Below are positions 26,404 to 36,472 of a stretch of DNA of 64,000 nucleotides, piece by piece; positions within the stretch are counted from its first letter, which is position 1; each line of letters opens with the position of its first letter. The notes beneath the pieces are model-generated. The model did not search any database and was not told the origin of the DNA. It was given only the letters and a program-made list of their open reading frames with translations. A program made the translations under genes and the position numbers. Source of the DNA: a virus. Location: IMG/VR virus record IMGVR_UViG_3300028920_000027, positions 118,336-182,335 of that record; one strand, written 5' to 3'.

Positions 26404-28917
26404 ATGAGATTCCGACACTATCAGATTCACGGATTCAGCGCGGCGACGAGTCGTCGTTGGCGTTTCATCTACCTATGCTGGGCTGTAGCTTCCGGTAAGA
26501 CAGCGTTCACCCATGCCTACCTGGCCGAAGTTTTCCGCAACGGCTGGCACTCGCACGCAGTCATTGTGGGGCCCTACGAGCCCATCCGCAACGGGTTCGA
26601 CACCAGCAAACTGGGTGACGATAAGCGCGAGTTCTGCATGGGGGGTGTCACTGTCCGGGCTTGGGCAGGGATGGTTCGAGAGTTGAAGAGAGGGTCCTCC
26701 CAAGCCGGCCAAGCCGGCCGCATTGAGTCGACCGTTCGGGAGTTGGTCAGCTACTTGCTGAACCCTCGCCCCACGGATGAAGCCACGGGAAGGCCTTACG
26801 CTGTCAGCGTGTGTACGCAGACAGCTCTTCAGTTAATCCTTCATATGGACCAGCTACCGGCTGACATGAGTCACGTGCTGTTCGTCATCGACGAAGCTCA
26901 GGGTATCGGTGCTGACTGTACCAACCGTGTCGTGAACACCCTGATTTCTCGGGGAACTCGCTTCATCCTTGCATCGGGGTCACCGTACCGGGACGACAAC
27001 CGAAATGTCCTCCCCGACCCCAATGACCCAGATGTTCTCATTCTCTCCCGGTCTCTGGCAGAGCAGATTCACGAGGGGTATGCCCCTCGTGTTAAGTTCG
27101 AGGTCGAGGTCGTTGACTGCGATGGGGACACCTATGAGTCCCGTCAGCAGCAGATGATCGACCATGTGGTGGCCGACTTCCAACCTGGCCAGAAGAAAGT
27201 CATCCGTGCTGTCCCTGCGCGGGGTGCCATGTACGACAGGGACGGTGAGGATGCCGATGCCGATGACTTCTCGGAGAACGTCGATGACGTGAGAGTAGGG
27301 GTGCGACTCCGGGACCTGGCGCTCAGGGCTTTTACTGAAAGGGGTTTACGATTTCGGGATGCCACGAGCTACCCAGGCAACCACGGCGACGACTGGCTGG
27401 AGTCCGAGCGTCGGGTTCGCGACTTCAATGATTCGGAAGTTGATGTGGTGTGGGGGATCAACCGCATCTACTGCGGCATGGATTGGGCTCTGGCGAACAC
27501 AGTGTGCTGCCTAGACTTCCCCACGACTTTACCCTTGATCGTCCAGCTCCTCGGGCGTGGCATGAGGTACAAGGGCGGCCGGCACGGAGGTGGGTATGCC
27601 AACTACCCGGAGCAGTACCTCGAACGGACGCTTCTCAAAATCTACGTTCCCGGCCGACGTGACGGAAGTGAGCGCTTCTTTCGGCACGACATGGCCCAGG
27701 TAGCTGTCAAGATCGGAGCTGTCCTCGCCACAGTAGCTCTCCCGGACGGCTTGACCGCCAAGCTGGATATGCACCGAGCTTTGAGGTCCCCTCTCAGCGA
27801 CGCTTCGGTCGTCGAAGGCACTGGTAGGGGGAGTGCCAACGAAAGCGAGATCGCCGAAGCCGCTAGTCAACACTTCATGATCCACTACGGACGGCGGGAG
27901 TGCACCGTTGGTGAAGCTCGTGATCAGCTCATGCGTGCATACCGCATTCGTCGCCAAAGGCAGGGTCTCGAGGTGTCGGATGAAGACGTGGAGGCAATCA
28001 ACCTCTTACTCCACCGTTTCATCAGCGAACGCAACGAACGAAACCCGTTGGATCGTGAAAGCCAGCGACGCATGGGAGAAGCCCATGACCGCGCCGTTGA
28101 AGCCGCTGCTCGACGCCATCCCCACAACCCGAGACGGTTGGTACAGGAAGCCTATCGCCGCGTGATTGACGAGTACAGCGAGATGCGGATCGTAACCGCT
28201 GAATCACCTCTTCTCAGCACCATTGTGCGATTCGTGATCGACCTCGACGATGGGACAGCAGGCGGCATTGCACAAAGGTTGGAACAAGAGTCTCGACCTC
28301 TACATGAGCAAGCTGTGCGCCACTGGGCTATGGCCTACTGGACCAACAACGGAGCCTTCCCTGACACCGACAGTGGCCCCGTCCAGGAAGACCCTCGCGA
28401 AGATTGGTCTCGCGTCATTGCCGCTTTACAAGGGGGTTATCGAGGACTACCCTCACACCCTTCTGTGGAAGACCTGGTGCGTTCCCATCAGATGAGTGAT
28501 GGCGACGTGTTGCATCTATTCAGGCTCTGCCCCGACTTATTGCCATCGGACTTGACGGTGGGGTGGACGTCAGACGTGAGTCTGCAATTCTACTACGATC
28601 GGTACCGAGACATGAGGCGCACCGCCGAGGCGTTACCTCCACACACTTGGAATAGGCTCGTTGACTACTTGCTCCAGCAATCAACCATTCGGCTGGGCTC
28701 CCTGTTGAACCTATTTCGAGAAACTCCAGTGACAGTTGACCTTCGGGCCCGACGGCCCTGGTATCTGTTCTGGCACTCCGTGAGCCGCGCTTCTTCGGAA
28801 GGTAGGGACCTCGACCTGCGGACATTGCGAACCTGGATTCGACGGGTTCGCAATGGAGCTGTCTCTATTGGCCAGGTCTACGACGACGACAGTTCAGCTA
28901 CCACCGTAGTGGTGTAA
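26404..28917 (+). CDS. SF2 helicase (DEAQ) with no HD nuclease domain and a long uncharacterised C-terminus, in the cas3 position
   Basis: Motif I AVASGKT within the first ~35 aa; II VIDEAQ; III SGSPYRDD; VI QLLGRGMR. Confidence 0.85.
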   Translation: MRFRHYQIHGFSAATSRRWRFIYLCWAVASGKTAFTHAYLAEVFRNGWHSHAVIVGPYEPIRNGFDTSKLGDDKREFCMGGVTVRAWAGMVRELKRGSSQAGQAGRIESTVRELVSYLLNPRPTDEATGRPYAVSVCTQTALQLILHMDQLPADMSHVLFVIDEAQGIGADCTNRVVNTLISRGTRFILASGSPYRDDNRNVLPDPNDPDVLILSRSLAEQIHEGYAPRVKFEVEVVDCDGDTYESRQQQMIDHVVADFQPGQKKVIRAVPARGAMYDRDGEDADADDFSENVDDVRVGVRLRDLALRAFTERGLRFRDATSYPGNHGDDWLESERRVRDFNDSEVDVVWGINRIYCGMDWALANTVCCLDFPTTLPLIVQLLGRGMRYKGGRHGGGYANYPEQYLERTLLKIYVPGRRDGSERFFRHDMAQVAVKIGAVLATVALPDGLTAKLDMHRALRSPLSDASVVEGTGRGSANESEIAEAASQHFMIHYGRRECTVGEARDQLMRAYRIRRQRQGLEVSDEDVEAINLLLHRFISERNERNPLDRESQRRMGEAHDRAVEAAARRHPHNPRRLVQEAYRRVIDEYSEMRIVTAESPLLSTIVRFVIDLDDGTAGGIAQRLEQESRPLHEQAVRHWAMAYWTNNGAFPDTDSGPVQEDPREDWSRVIAALQGGYRGLPSHPSVEDLVRSHQMSDGDVLHLFRLCPDLLPSDLTVGWTSDVSLQFYYDRYRDMRRTAEALPPHTWNRLVDYLLQQSTIRLGSLLNLFRETPVTVDLRARRPWYLFWHSVSRASSEGRDLDLRTLRTWIRRVRNGAVSIGQVYDDDSSATTVVV

Positions 28918-28920
28918 GGT

Positions 28921-29026
28921 AGCGAGGGGTTCGGTGATACCGAAACCCCCAACACCTCTCGCAGCCCAAATTTTCAAGGGGGTTCCCACCCCCTTGGTCT
29001 TTGACAGCACATAACCGCTCGCATCC
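28921..29026 (+). promoter_or_regulatory. Leader of CRISPR array 2
   Basis: GCGAGGGG..ACCCCC..ACCTCTCGCA and CAAGGGGGT..CTTTGACA, as in leader 1. Confidence 0.6.
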
Positions 29027-29597
29027 CAATTCTTGCCCTTGAGGATTCCAACAGCTCCTCCAGAACACCCGGGGCGAGTCGGCCGTACAGGAACAAGGGC
29101 AATTCTTGCCCTTGAGGATTCCAACCACAACTTCGAGTTGGTTCACTACGGGGAGGGGCAAGGGCAATTCTTGCCCTTGAGGATTCCAACCATGGTTCGG
29201 CGAACGAACTTGCATTTCTCGTACTGCGGGACAAGGGCAATTCTTGCCCTTGAGGATTCCAATGATCTGCTGTGAGACAAAGCTAAAATGCCCTCTCTGA
29301 AACAAGGGCAGTTGCCCTTGAGGATTCCAACATCGCCCACGAGACCAAGGCAGACTTCGACGAATGGCAAGACAAGGGCAGTCCATGCCCTGAGGATTCC
29401 AACGTGGCTCCCGCGACCCGGTCGAACACCTCGAGGAAGGAGACAGTCTTGGCCCTTGAGGATTCCAACCTGCGGTAATGGCACAAGCAGACGTTTTACC
29501 GTCGTGAGACAAGGGCCTTGCCCTTGAGGATTCCAACATCCAAAACCACTCTGGGAGCTACGGCTACATCGTATGTGTCTTTGCCCTTGAGGATTCA
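29027..29597 (+). CRISPR. CRISPR array 2, 9 repeats (core ACAAGGGCAATTCTTGCCCTTGAGGATTCCAAC)
   Basis: First repeat 5'-truncated, later repeats degenerate; 8 unique spacers of roughly 33-40 nt. Confidence 0.95.
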
Positions 29598-29803
29598 TGA
29601 GGGAGAATCCCGCGACCGGTGTATAGTTCTGCTCAGGCCATGCTGACGTTGGCCTGCACCCCTGAGCCCGGCACCCCACGGCGGGCTCCCTCAACGGGGC
29701 GAAGAGGGTCCGAAACGCTCTCACTGCCGGTGTTGGTGATTCCATTCCCGAGTGGAGTCCGGCGTGGGGGCGGGTGCCACTCGGTCGAAGTGGAGTCCAC
29801 AAC

Positions 29804-30577
29804 ATGACCAACTCTCGCAAGCAGCGGGCCAAGAAGCTCGCGAAGAAGCTCCGCATTTCCCACCAGGGCGCCACCAACCTCATGCGCCAGCAGCAGGACC
29901 AAGACCTCCGGGACGCGCCCCCGTGGTACCTTCGCACATTCGAGGTTCGCGAAAACGGTCAACTGCTTCCACTTCCGCCCACATCCTACAGCGAGATGCT
30001 GGAGCAGATCCGCGTCTTCATGGTTGCTAACTCCGATTACCAGCTGTCCCTTGCGGACGAGCCCCTCGGCTTGCGAGAGGTTCTACGCCGCAGCGCCCTG
30101 GCCACGAGTCGTTTCAACAAGGGCCTGATCTTCGAGGTCGAGGGCTCGCAGCTCCTAGCCGAGCCCGCAGGAGAGTGGTCCGATCAAAAAGCTCCCCACA
30201 CCAAGCTTCAAGACAAGATCGAAGCCGCTCTCAAGGACGTCAACGTTTTTGCAACGCCAACCTACACGGAGATTCGGTTCGAGAACGCCGACGGTAGTCT
30301 CTGGGGATCCACGTCCGAGTGGGCACCTGAGGTCACGGCCAAAACGGACACCCTGCTCCAACGCAAGATGTGGGTCATCCGGCGGGCGTGGACCATATAC
30401 CGTAACCAGGTCTCACGCCACGAGGCTCCGGAAGACCGCCGCTACGACCAACCCGATCCCGAAGATCGAAAGGAGCGGGAGACCCTCTGGGAGGCTCGCA
30501 GTACCTGGTACAGGGAGGGGGTGTTCGAGCGCTTTGGGCACCCCGCACGCATCGTGCTTCAGCCGAGCACCCTTTAG
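29804..30577 (+). CDS. Hypothetical protein
   Basis: GGAG RBS upstream; basic N-terminus. Confidence 0.65.
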   Translation: MTNSRKQRAKKLAKKLRISHQGATNLMRQQQDQDLRDAPPWYLRTFEVRENGQLLPLPPTSYSEMLEQIRVFMVANSDYQLSLADEPLGLREVLRRSALATSRFNKGLIFEVEGSQLLAEPAGEWSDQKAPHTKLQDKIEAALKDVNVFATPTYTEIRFENADGSLWGSTSEWAPEVTAKTDTLLQRKMWVIRRAWTIYRNQVSRHEAPEDRRYDQPDPEDRKERETLWEARSTWYREGVFERFGHPARIVLQPSTL

Positions 30578-31080
30578 ACAATCCCCAAGCCGTTGCCAAC
30601 GAACTCGTGTCCCGGACCCACCGGATCCGAAACCTTACTGTTGATGAGCTTCAGCGAGACGCCTGGAGCCCGTACCGGGTCCAAGGCCCCAATGGCTGGA
30701 TGGGGTGGGCCGCACCCGACGGGCACTGCCACGTCAGCGAGGATCGCACCTCCGTGTGTGTCTACTGGTGCCCAGCCTGCCGCGCGGACCAACCCCAATG
30801 AATGACCCCTGTCCCCTGTGCCGACGGGGGGGCAGGGTCCCCGGTCCGCGCCTACAAGACCAAGATGTACAGGATGTGTCCCCGTGTGCTCCTCAAGTGC
30901 ACCAGCTGTGGCTATGAGTGGTTCGGGTACGCCAAGAAGCGAATCCGTTAAGGCGAAGGGGGCAGCCGCCAGGTTGACTCCAGAACTACTAGAGTACTCA
31001 GTTTGGATCAACCCTTTACTCCATGACTTTTGAGTTTCCGACCTCCGCGGCGTACAGTGGTGCATGAGGTCACGAATGAC

Positions 31081-31109
31081 TGAACGTTTCCAAGGATCAC
31101 ATCGTATGG
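31081..31109 (+). promoter_or_regulatory. YGAAC-N17-CGTAT promoter-like motif (ECF-sigma-like)
   Basis: Same spacing at 33446, 47070, 47837 and 48424. Confidence 0.6.
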
Positions 31110-31118
31110 GGGAGTATC

Positions 31119-31382
31119 ATGGCAACTCTCACTGAGATGAACGCTGAACACAACCTCTTGACCAAGGCTTTTGATCTGGTCAAGCCCTCGACGCACTGGA
31201 AGGACGTTATCAGTGCCTATGTCCCGGCCCACGCTCTGGTCGAGGCTGGGGTCACCATCGAAGACGTCGCCCGTGCGGTGATCCACTTCACTGCGACCGA
31301 GGCTGATGTCAATCCCTTGAGCATGGGCGCTTTCTTCGTCCAGGCCAAGGGTTACCGCGCCGGGCCGGCGGGAGACCACTGA
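31119..31382 (+). CDS. Hypothetical protein
   Basis: GGAG RBS upstream. Confidence 0.65.
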   Translation: MATLTEMNAEHNLLTKAFDLVKPSTHWKDVISAYVPAHALVEAGVTIEDVARAVIHFTATEADVNPLSMGAFFVQAKGYRAGPAGDH

Positions 31383-31383
31383 A

Positions 31384-31671
31384 GTGCAGATCAAGTTCAC
31401 TGTTCACCGGGACGGTCACATTTCCAGAGAGGTCGTCGAACGGCCCTTCACGTTGGCGCTTGATGTCTTGCGCATCACTCGCCCCACGGATGACCGCATC
31501 AAAATGGTCTCTCCGGCGCCACAGCCTACTCCCACCCCGGCGCCCAAGCCCACCCTCCGGGCTGTCTCCTACCATGGGGTCCCTTTGGGGTACATAGACG
31601 ACTTTCCAATTGAGGTTCAGCACGCTTTGGATGCCCTTGAGGTTGATGGTGACCATCAAAACTGCTGGTGA
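31384..31671 (+). CDS. Hypothetical protein
   Basis: Tightly packed in an operon-like run. Confidence 0.5.
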   Translation: MQIKFTVHRDGHISREVVERPFTLALDVLRITRPTDDRIKMVSPAPQPTPTPAPKPTLRAVSYHGVPLGYIDDFPIEVQHALDALEVDGDHQNCW

Positions 31672-31678
31672 CCTGGTT

Positions 31679-31969
31679 ATGGCCCTCGATCAGGGGGAGT
31701 TCAGCAGCATAGGGTCCTACCCCCTCTACTTCATCACCTCGAACGAGGATTGCCTGCACCCCAAGTGCGTGCGCGAACTTCTCGACCCCGACCAGACGGG
31801 CCTGGGCGTGCGCGAACTCCTCGATACCCGTGACCCTGCTGAGGCGACCACGGTCGACGAGTGGAAGATTATCTCGCACGGAATCAACTGGGGCATTCCC
31901 GACCTCTACTGCGCCCATTGTGGCGCGCGCATCGAATCTGCCTGTGAGGAGCAAGCCGATGATTCTTGA
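31679..31969 (+). CDS. Hypothetical protein with Cys motifs
   Basis: YPLYF..CLHPKC..LYCAHCG. Confidence 0.6.
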   Translation: MALDQGEFSSIGSYPLYFITSNEDCLHPKCVRELLDPDQTGLGVRELLDTRDPAEATTVDEWKIISHGINWGIPDLYCAHCGARIESACEEQADDS

Positions 31970-32315
31970 GCGAGCAGAAGCCTGGCATGTCCGGGATACT
32001 CACACCGACGCCCAATACCTCGTGCAGTTCTGGGACACCCATCAGGAACGGCATGGTCGACGTCGCATGGCCGTGGCTGTGTTCCGTCAGAATCCAACCT
32101 TCCCATCCAACTACCACCTCATCCAGCGCACTCGTGTCTGGCCCATCCCTTCGTTGTCGTGCGACGGCCCCGAAGTCGCCACCTACGTTGTCAGTGAAGT
32201 GACTTGGGAAATCCTCGACGACTACGTTCCCGAAAAGGACCTTGATGTCTCTCTTGAATCCGTCGAGAACCTTGGCGAGATCCACCTCACCCACAACCTG
32301 TTCAAAGCACCGTGA
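31959..32315 (+). CDS. Hypothetical protein
   Basis: Overlaps neighbouring genes. Confidence 0.55.
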   Translation: MILERAEAWHVRDTHTDAQYLVQFWDTHQERHGRRRMAVAVFRQNPTFPSNYHLIQRTRVWPIPSLSCDGPEVATYVVSEVTWEILDDYVPEKDLDVSLESVENLGEIHLTHNLFKAP

Positions 32316-32527
32316 AATACCAACTTCATGAGAAGTGCCCCGCCTGTGAACGAACGCGTACGGACTCCGGCGTGTCCGTTGCTGAAACCGTGGCCATGCA
32401 CAACCCCGACACCACGGACCTGAACGCCCGCGCCACGCTCCGGTGCCGCGCCTGCGGGCACACGTGGGAAGGTCACACCACGAGCCCATATACCCAGAGA
32501 ATGCGCCGACGAGGGAGAATCCGATGA
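32312..32527 (+). CDS. Small Zn-ribbon protein
   Basis: CPAC..CRACG. Confidence 0.6.
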   Translation: MKYQLHEKCPACERTRTDSGVSVAETVAMHNPDTTDLNARATLRCRACGHTWEGHTTSPYTQRMRRRGRIR

Positions 32528-32943
32528 ACACCAAGCTAATGCCTAGAGCGGAACAATCACAGCGGCTTACTCTCATCGCGCAGAAACTGCGAGGGGTGGA
32601 CCGCCGGGATCCCGTCGTGGATGAGTTCGTCGATCTTCTGAGCCGCCACCTAGCCACTACTTGCGATCTCAGCATTAGAGACCGAACTCTGACCCTGGTG
32701 CTCTTGCCTCTCAGAGGCGCCCCCACGCCCCGGAAGCGAACCCCTCATGGGGTGAGCCACTCCATGGATCAGATCTTGATCGTCGATCCCGAGAGCTTTC
32801 GGGTCATCGAGGTCATCAAGGACTGTTTTGGCCGGACCAGACCGGGGGATCCCGTGTACCAGGGAGACTTTATTCGGCTGGGACGGGCGCGGCTGGCCGA
32901 GGAAGCTCGGCCTACCTTGTGGGAGCGGCTCGACGAGGAGTAG
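32524..32943 (+). CDS. Hypothetical protein with C-terminal PTLWERL tag
   Basis: Ends RPTLWERLDEE. Confidence 0.7.
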   Translation: MNTKLMPRAEQSQRLTLIAQKLRGVDRRDPVVDEFVDLLSRHLATTCDLSIRDRTLTLVLLPLRGAPTPRKRTPHGVSHSMDQILIVDPESFRVIEVIKDCFGRTRPGDPVYQGDFIRLGRARLAEEARPTLWERLDEE

Positions 32944-33418
32944 TGTACTCGGTCATCCCAAGGGCAACGTAGGCCCACTCGACAGCCGTCGAGAGAAAGT
33001 GCTCGGGGAATGGTAGCTCAGTGGCGGCGGCCATGAGGTTGAGGACCCCAAAAACGAAGGCGTCAGAGGGAGACTTGGGCTTGCTGATGGGAGGGTACTT
33101 CTCGGCGATGCGACCGAGTATATCCTGGGAGACTTTCAGGCTGTTTGGTGAAGATGAAATGCACTCCCACATCCTGGTGGCCCGCTGGTCCAGAGTGAGA
33201 TGGGGTAGGACCTCGGCCATGAGATCCCGCACGGCAACGAGGACCTGCTCTTCATAGTCGAACTCGTCGGCCTCAACACGCCCATGAAAGCGGAGGACCG
33301 CCCTCTCGTACTGAGACCAAGTCCCTTGGTCAATTAGACCTTCTTTGATCGCCTGTTCAATAGGGCTGAAGCCCTGCTGGGCAGCCTTAAATCGCGCGAG
33401 TTTCTTGTAGAGTCCCAT
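32912..33418 (-). CDS. Hypothetical protein
   Basis: GGTG-TAGAAT motif upstream. Confidence 0.55.
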   Translation of the reverse strand: MGLYKKLARFKAAQQGFSPIEQAIKEGLIDQGTWSQYERAVLRFHGRVEADEFDYEEQVLVAVRDLMAEVLPHLTLDQRATRMWECISSSPNSLKVSQDILGRIAEKYPPISKPKSPSDAFVFGVLNLMAAATELPFPEHFLSTAVEWAYVALGMTEYTTPRRAAPTR

Positions 33419-33480
33419 CAGGATCAGATTCTACACCAGATCGGCTGAACGTTTTCGAAACTCGCGGCGTATGGTTGGGT

Positions 33481-34047
33481 ATGGCACTACCCGCATCCGC
33501 ACTATTCGCCCGCCCCTCTGGCAAGCCCGCACCCGCCAAAGATTACTCTGGTGAGCAAGCAGCCCTGACCAGGGCTGGCGTTCCCGAGAGCAACGACGAG
33601 CACCCTGTTTTGAATCTCGTCGAGCGTCGTGACGCTTACAACGCGGTTGACTTCGATAAGAGCCGCGTGCCCACGGCGGTCCTACGCCAGCTCGCTCACG
33701 AAGCTCTGCTCACCCGGTGCTGGGCCCAGGCCCGCATCTACCTCGACGACCTCGGAAAACGGTCCAACAATACCGAGCCCCTCAACCGTGACGACTACTG
33801 TATCAGTGGACTATATTATGACATCATCGTTGACCGCATCAAGAGCGTCAACCTGAAGGTCAAGCCTACTCGTGGAGCCGAAGTGAGGATGGACGACCTC
33901 AAGAAGGGTGACCGCTTCGTCGATGTCCAGGGTAAGACTTGGGTCTACCAACGTCGGCACGGGACCAACCGCGGGGCCCACATCGTGGTTGACGATGTGG
34001 GCTTCTCTACGGTATTCGCTGGGTGTGCGACGGTGACAAAAGTCTAG
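33481..34047 (+). CDS. Hypothetical protein
   Basis: ATG follows a TGAAC-N17-CGTAT motif. Confidence 0.6.
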   Translation: MALPASALFARPSGKPAPAKDYSGEQAALTRAGVPESNDEHPVLNLVERRDAYNAVDFDKSRVPTAVLRQLAHEALLTRCWAQARIYLDDLGKRSNNTEPLNRDDYCISGLYYDIIVDRIKSVNLKVKPTRGAEVRMDDLKKGDRFVDVQGKTWVYQRRHGTNRGAHIVVDDVGFSTVFAGCATVTKV

Positions 34048-34074
34048 CGGGCTCCACTCTCAAACGGCTTGGAC

Positions 34075-34740
34075 CTAACCCACCTCCCCTATCAACACCC
34101 CTACTGCATCCGCCGCGCCGAGCTCTCGTTGGTTGTTCGTCGGCGGGTGGGGGTGAACGCTATCTGCCCCATGCCCCGCGGCGCGGTCGAGGTAGGTGGC
34201 GCGAACCAATTCGAGGTCGTGACGGGCGTGGTCCACGTGCAGTAGATATGCCCGCAACGCGGGGGTGGTAGCCTTTTCCGTGGCGGCTCGTGGGTAGTTC
34301 ACCGGGAGCGTGTCAAGCAAAGCATCGGTGAGGCCGACGATGCGTGTTGCGGCACACTGGCCGCGCTCGCGCTGGGCTCGGGCTTCGTCGCGCTCAATGG
34401 TTTGCCGCCCCTCATTTAACACGACGCGCACCAGTGTTTTTACAGCGGCGTCGAACTCTCCTGAATCCGGCGTCCACTGCTCTAGGCGTCGCTCGATCTC
34501 GTTGACGGCCCGCTTCAGCTCGGGGAGCGGTAGGTTCCCAGCACCAGTATGGTGCATGTGCACGTCGAGGCACAGGCCGAGCAGGTTGTACTCGTCACGC
34601 TTGTAGATCCCGCAGTCATCAATCGCGCTCTGGCTTCGCCCGTGAAATTTGACACGCGGCATGCTCAGGTTTTCGGTATCGCTTCCCATTAGTATACTCC
34701 TATCTCCTATCATGTAAAACATGCTCAGAATGTGCACCAA
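34075..34740 (-). CDS. Hypothetical protein (start uncertain)
   Basis: ORF track. Confidence 0.5.
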   Translation of the reverse strand: MVHILSMFYMIGDRSILMGSDTENLSMPRVKFHGRSQSAIDDCGIYKRDEYNLLGLCLDVHMHHTGAGNLPLPELKRAVNEIERRLEQWTPDSGEFDAAVKTLVRVVLNEGRQTIERDEARAQRERGQCAATRIVGLTDALLDTLPVNYPRAATEKATTPALRAYLLHVDHARHDLELVRATYLDRAAGHGADSVHPHPPTNNQRELGAADAVGVLIGEVG

Positions 34741-34792
34741 ACACTTCTGGGCTCAGATCCAGAAGCCGACGACGAAGGCACGGAGAGGCCCT

Positions 34793-35219
34793 CTAGCTGA
34801 GGTACTTGAAGTCGGGGTTCCGGCGGAACTGGTCACTGTCCTTGTCGTGCTCCAGAGCACCGATTTCGACGAGCTTGTGCACCAGCTCGGTCAGTAGCTC
34901 TCCCGCGGGGTTGGCTGACCAGAAGATGTTTGCGGCTCTGGTGAAGCACGACGTCTACCCAGGAGCCTTCGGGGAGCAGGTCGAGGCTTTGTGCGAGGCG
35001 TAACTGCACGAGATCGAAGTCGGCCCACTCGGCAAGGTGTTTAGCGAGGGCGTTCCGCGGCGCTGGGAGGGCACCGGGGCCCTCTAGGGTCGAGTGGTTG
35101 GGGCGCTGGGGCTCAATGGCACCAGTACCAGGGTAGCAGATGCGGCAGTTGCCAAGAGCAAGGTCGTGACGACAGGACATGGTAGACGGTACACCGACTT
35201 GGGGTAACTTTGACGGCAT
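34793..35219 (-). pseudogene. Hypothetical gene with an apparent frameshift
   Basis: LAEWADFDLVQLRLAQSLDLL continues in another frame as NIFWSANPAGELL..DQFRRNPDF. Confidence 0.45.
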
Positions 35220-35410
35220 GAAGCGACCGCCGTTGGAAAAGCTTTCCTGACGTCCCTAGTCCTTGCTCATCAGCTCCCAAGACGTCGGGGGCGGGGCTGA
35301 GTAGCTCTTGGGTTTGACGTAGATGGGCGAGTCGGGGACCTTGTGTGGGTCCACGTTGGTGACTGAGGTGCACCGGGGAGTGGTGATTTTTGGATCGGAT
35401 TGCGAGCCGT

Positions 35411-35761
35411 CTAACCACCACACTGCTCCCGGGACTGCCGTGACCGGTGTCGGGACCCGGCGTACTCGTACCCCTTCGGCGCGTCAATCGTGTCGATGCG
35501 AATCTGAGCGGGGTCCGAGCCCTGACACATCTCAACAAGATCCTGGGCCACGTTACCGGCGCGGTCCCAGTTGTCCCCAGGGGTGCCTTCAAGGGCGCGA
35601 CCCTTCTCGTCGCAGAAGATGTAGAGGTAGATGAGGGACTGGATGCCCTCGGTTTCCCCGTCGCAAATAACGGGGGTGAGTGCCTTCATCTCGGGCCAGG
35701 GGCCTTCTCCTAGCACGTAGTAGGTTCGGCGTTCGTCATTGAACAATTTGAAGATGTCCAT
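35411..35761 (-). CDS. Hypothetical protein
   Basis: ATG lies 6 nt after a GGTG-TAAAGG motif. Confidence 0.6.
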   Translation of the reverse strand: MDIFKLFNDERRTYYVLGEGPWPEMKALTPVICDGETEGIQSLIYLYIFCDEKGRALEGTPGDNWDRAGNVAQDLVEMCQGSDPAQIRIDTIDAPKGYEYAGSRHRSRQSREQCGG

Positions 35762-36113
35762 GTCGACCCTTTACACCAATGTGACGACAGGGGCTCATCG
35801 ACAACCCACGGCTTGATCGAAGGCTGTGGGTTGTCTAGCTAGTAGCCGTTCCCGACGCCGCCCCCAGCCGGGTCGCTGTACCACACGTCGTCTTCGCTGT
35901 ATTCCCCTTGGACGTGGCTTATCTCAGGCACTAAGGGCACGACCCGCAACAGGACTTGCATGGCCGCGCTGGGTCTCACGTAGTACAGCTCGCCCCAGAC
36001 CCAGAACTTGGGGTACGGGATCATCCGTGCGGCGTCCGCTAGCGTCTTTGGTTTTGACCGTGCATCCTTCACGTCTCGTCTCAGGTATCAATGCTTCTTC
36101 GCTCGGGAACGGC

Positions 36114-36422
36114 TTAGGTATTCGGCTTCTTCTTGTAGTCCTCAGGGTTGATACCACTGATGACCTTTTTCACGGCATCACTAAGGTCAAACTCCGAATT
36201 TACCAGGCCGTGGGAGAGTTGAGAAGCTCTCTGCTGGCCCGGTCGAACCCAGCGAACGACGATACCACGGTCTTCGATGTCGGGTATCTTGGGCTTGGAC
36301 GTGCCTAGGTCACAAACGAGGGTGACCTCGACCTCGGTACCATCTTCGCGGGCGTAGATGTTGGTATGGGGGCCCCAGGTAGCAGAGTACCAAGCTTGCT
36401 TTTTGGAATCTAAAAATGACAT
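36114..36422 (-). CDS. Hypothetical protein
   Basis: RBS upstream; part of a minus-strand run. Confidence 0.55.
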   Translation of the reverse strand: MSFLDSKKQAWYSATWGPHTNIYAREDGTEVEVTLVCDLGTSKPKIPDIEDRGIVVRWVRPGQQRASQLSHGLVNSEFDLSDAVKKVISGINPEDYKKKPNT

Positions 36423-36472
36423 GGGTAGGGTCCTTCAGTTGGGTTGGTGTTGGTTGTTGAGTCGCTGGGCCA

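Noticed and set aside
26404-28917. Calling the helicase cas3
   Set aside because: No HD domain, and motif III context differs; left without a gene symbol.
20958-29597. Self-targeting spacers; similar CCCCTYGGTG-like 3' ends on a few spacers
   Set aside because: No match found in the window by eye; the shared ends are short and could be chance in GC-rich DNA.
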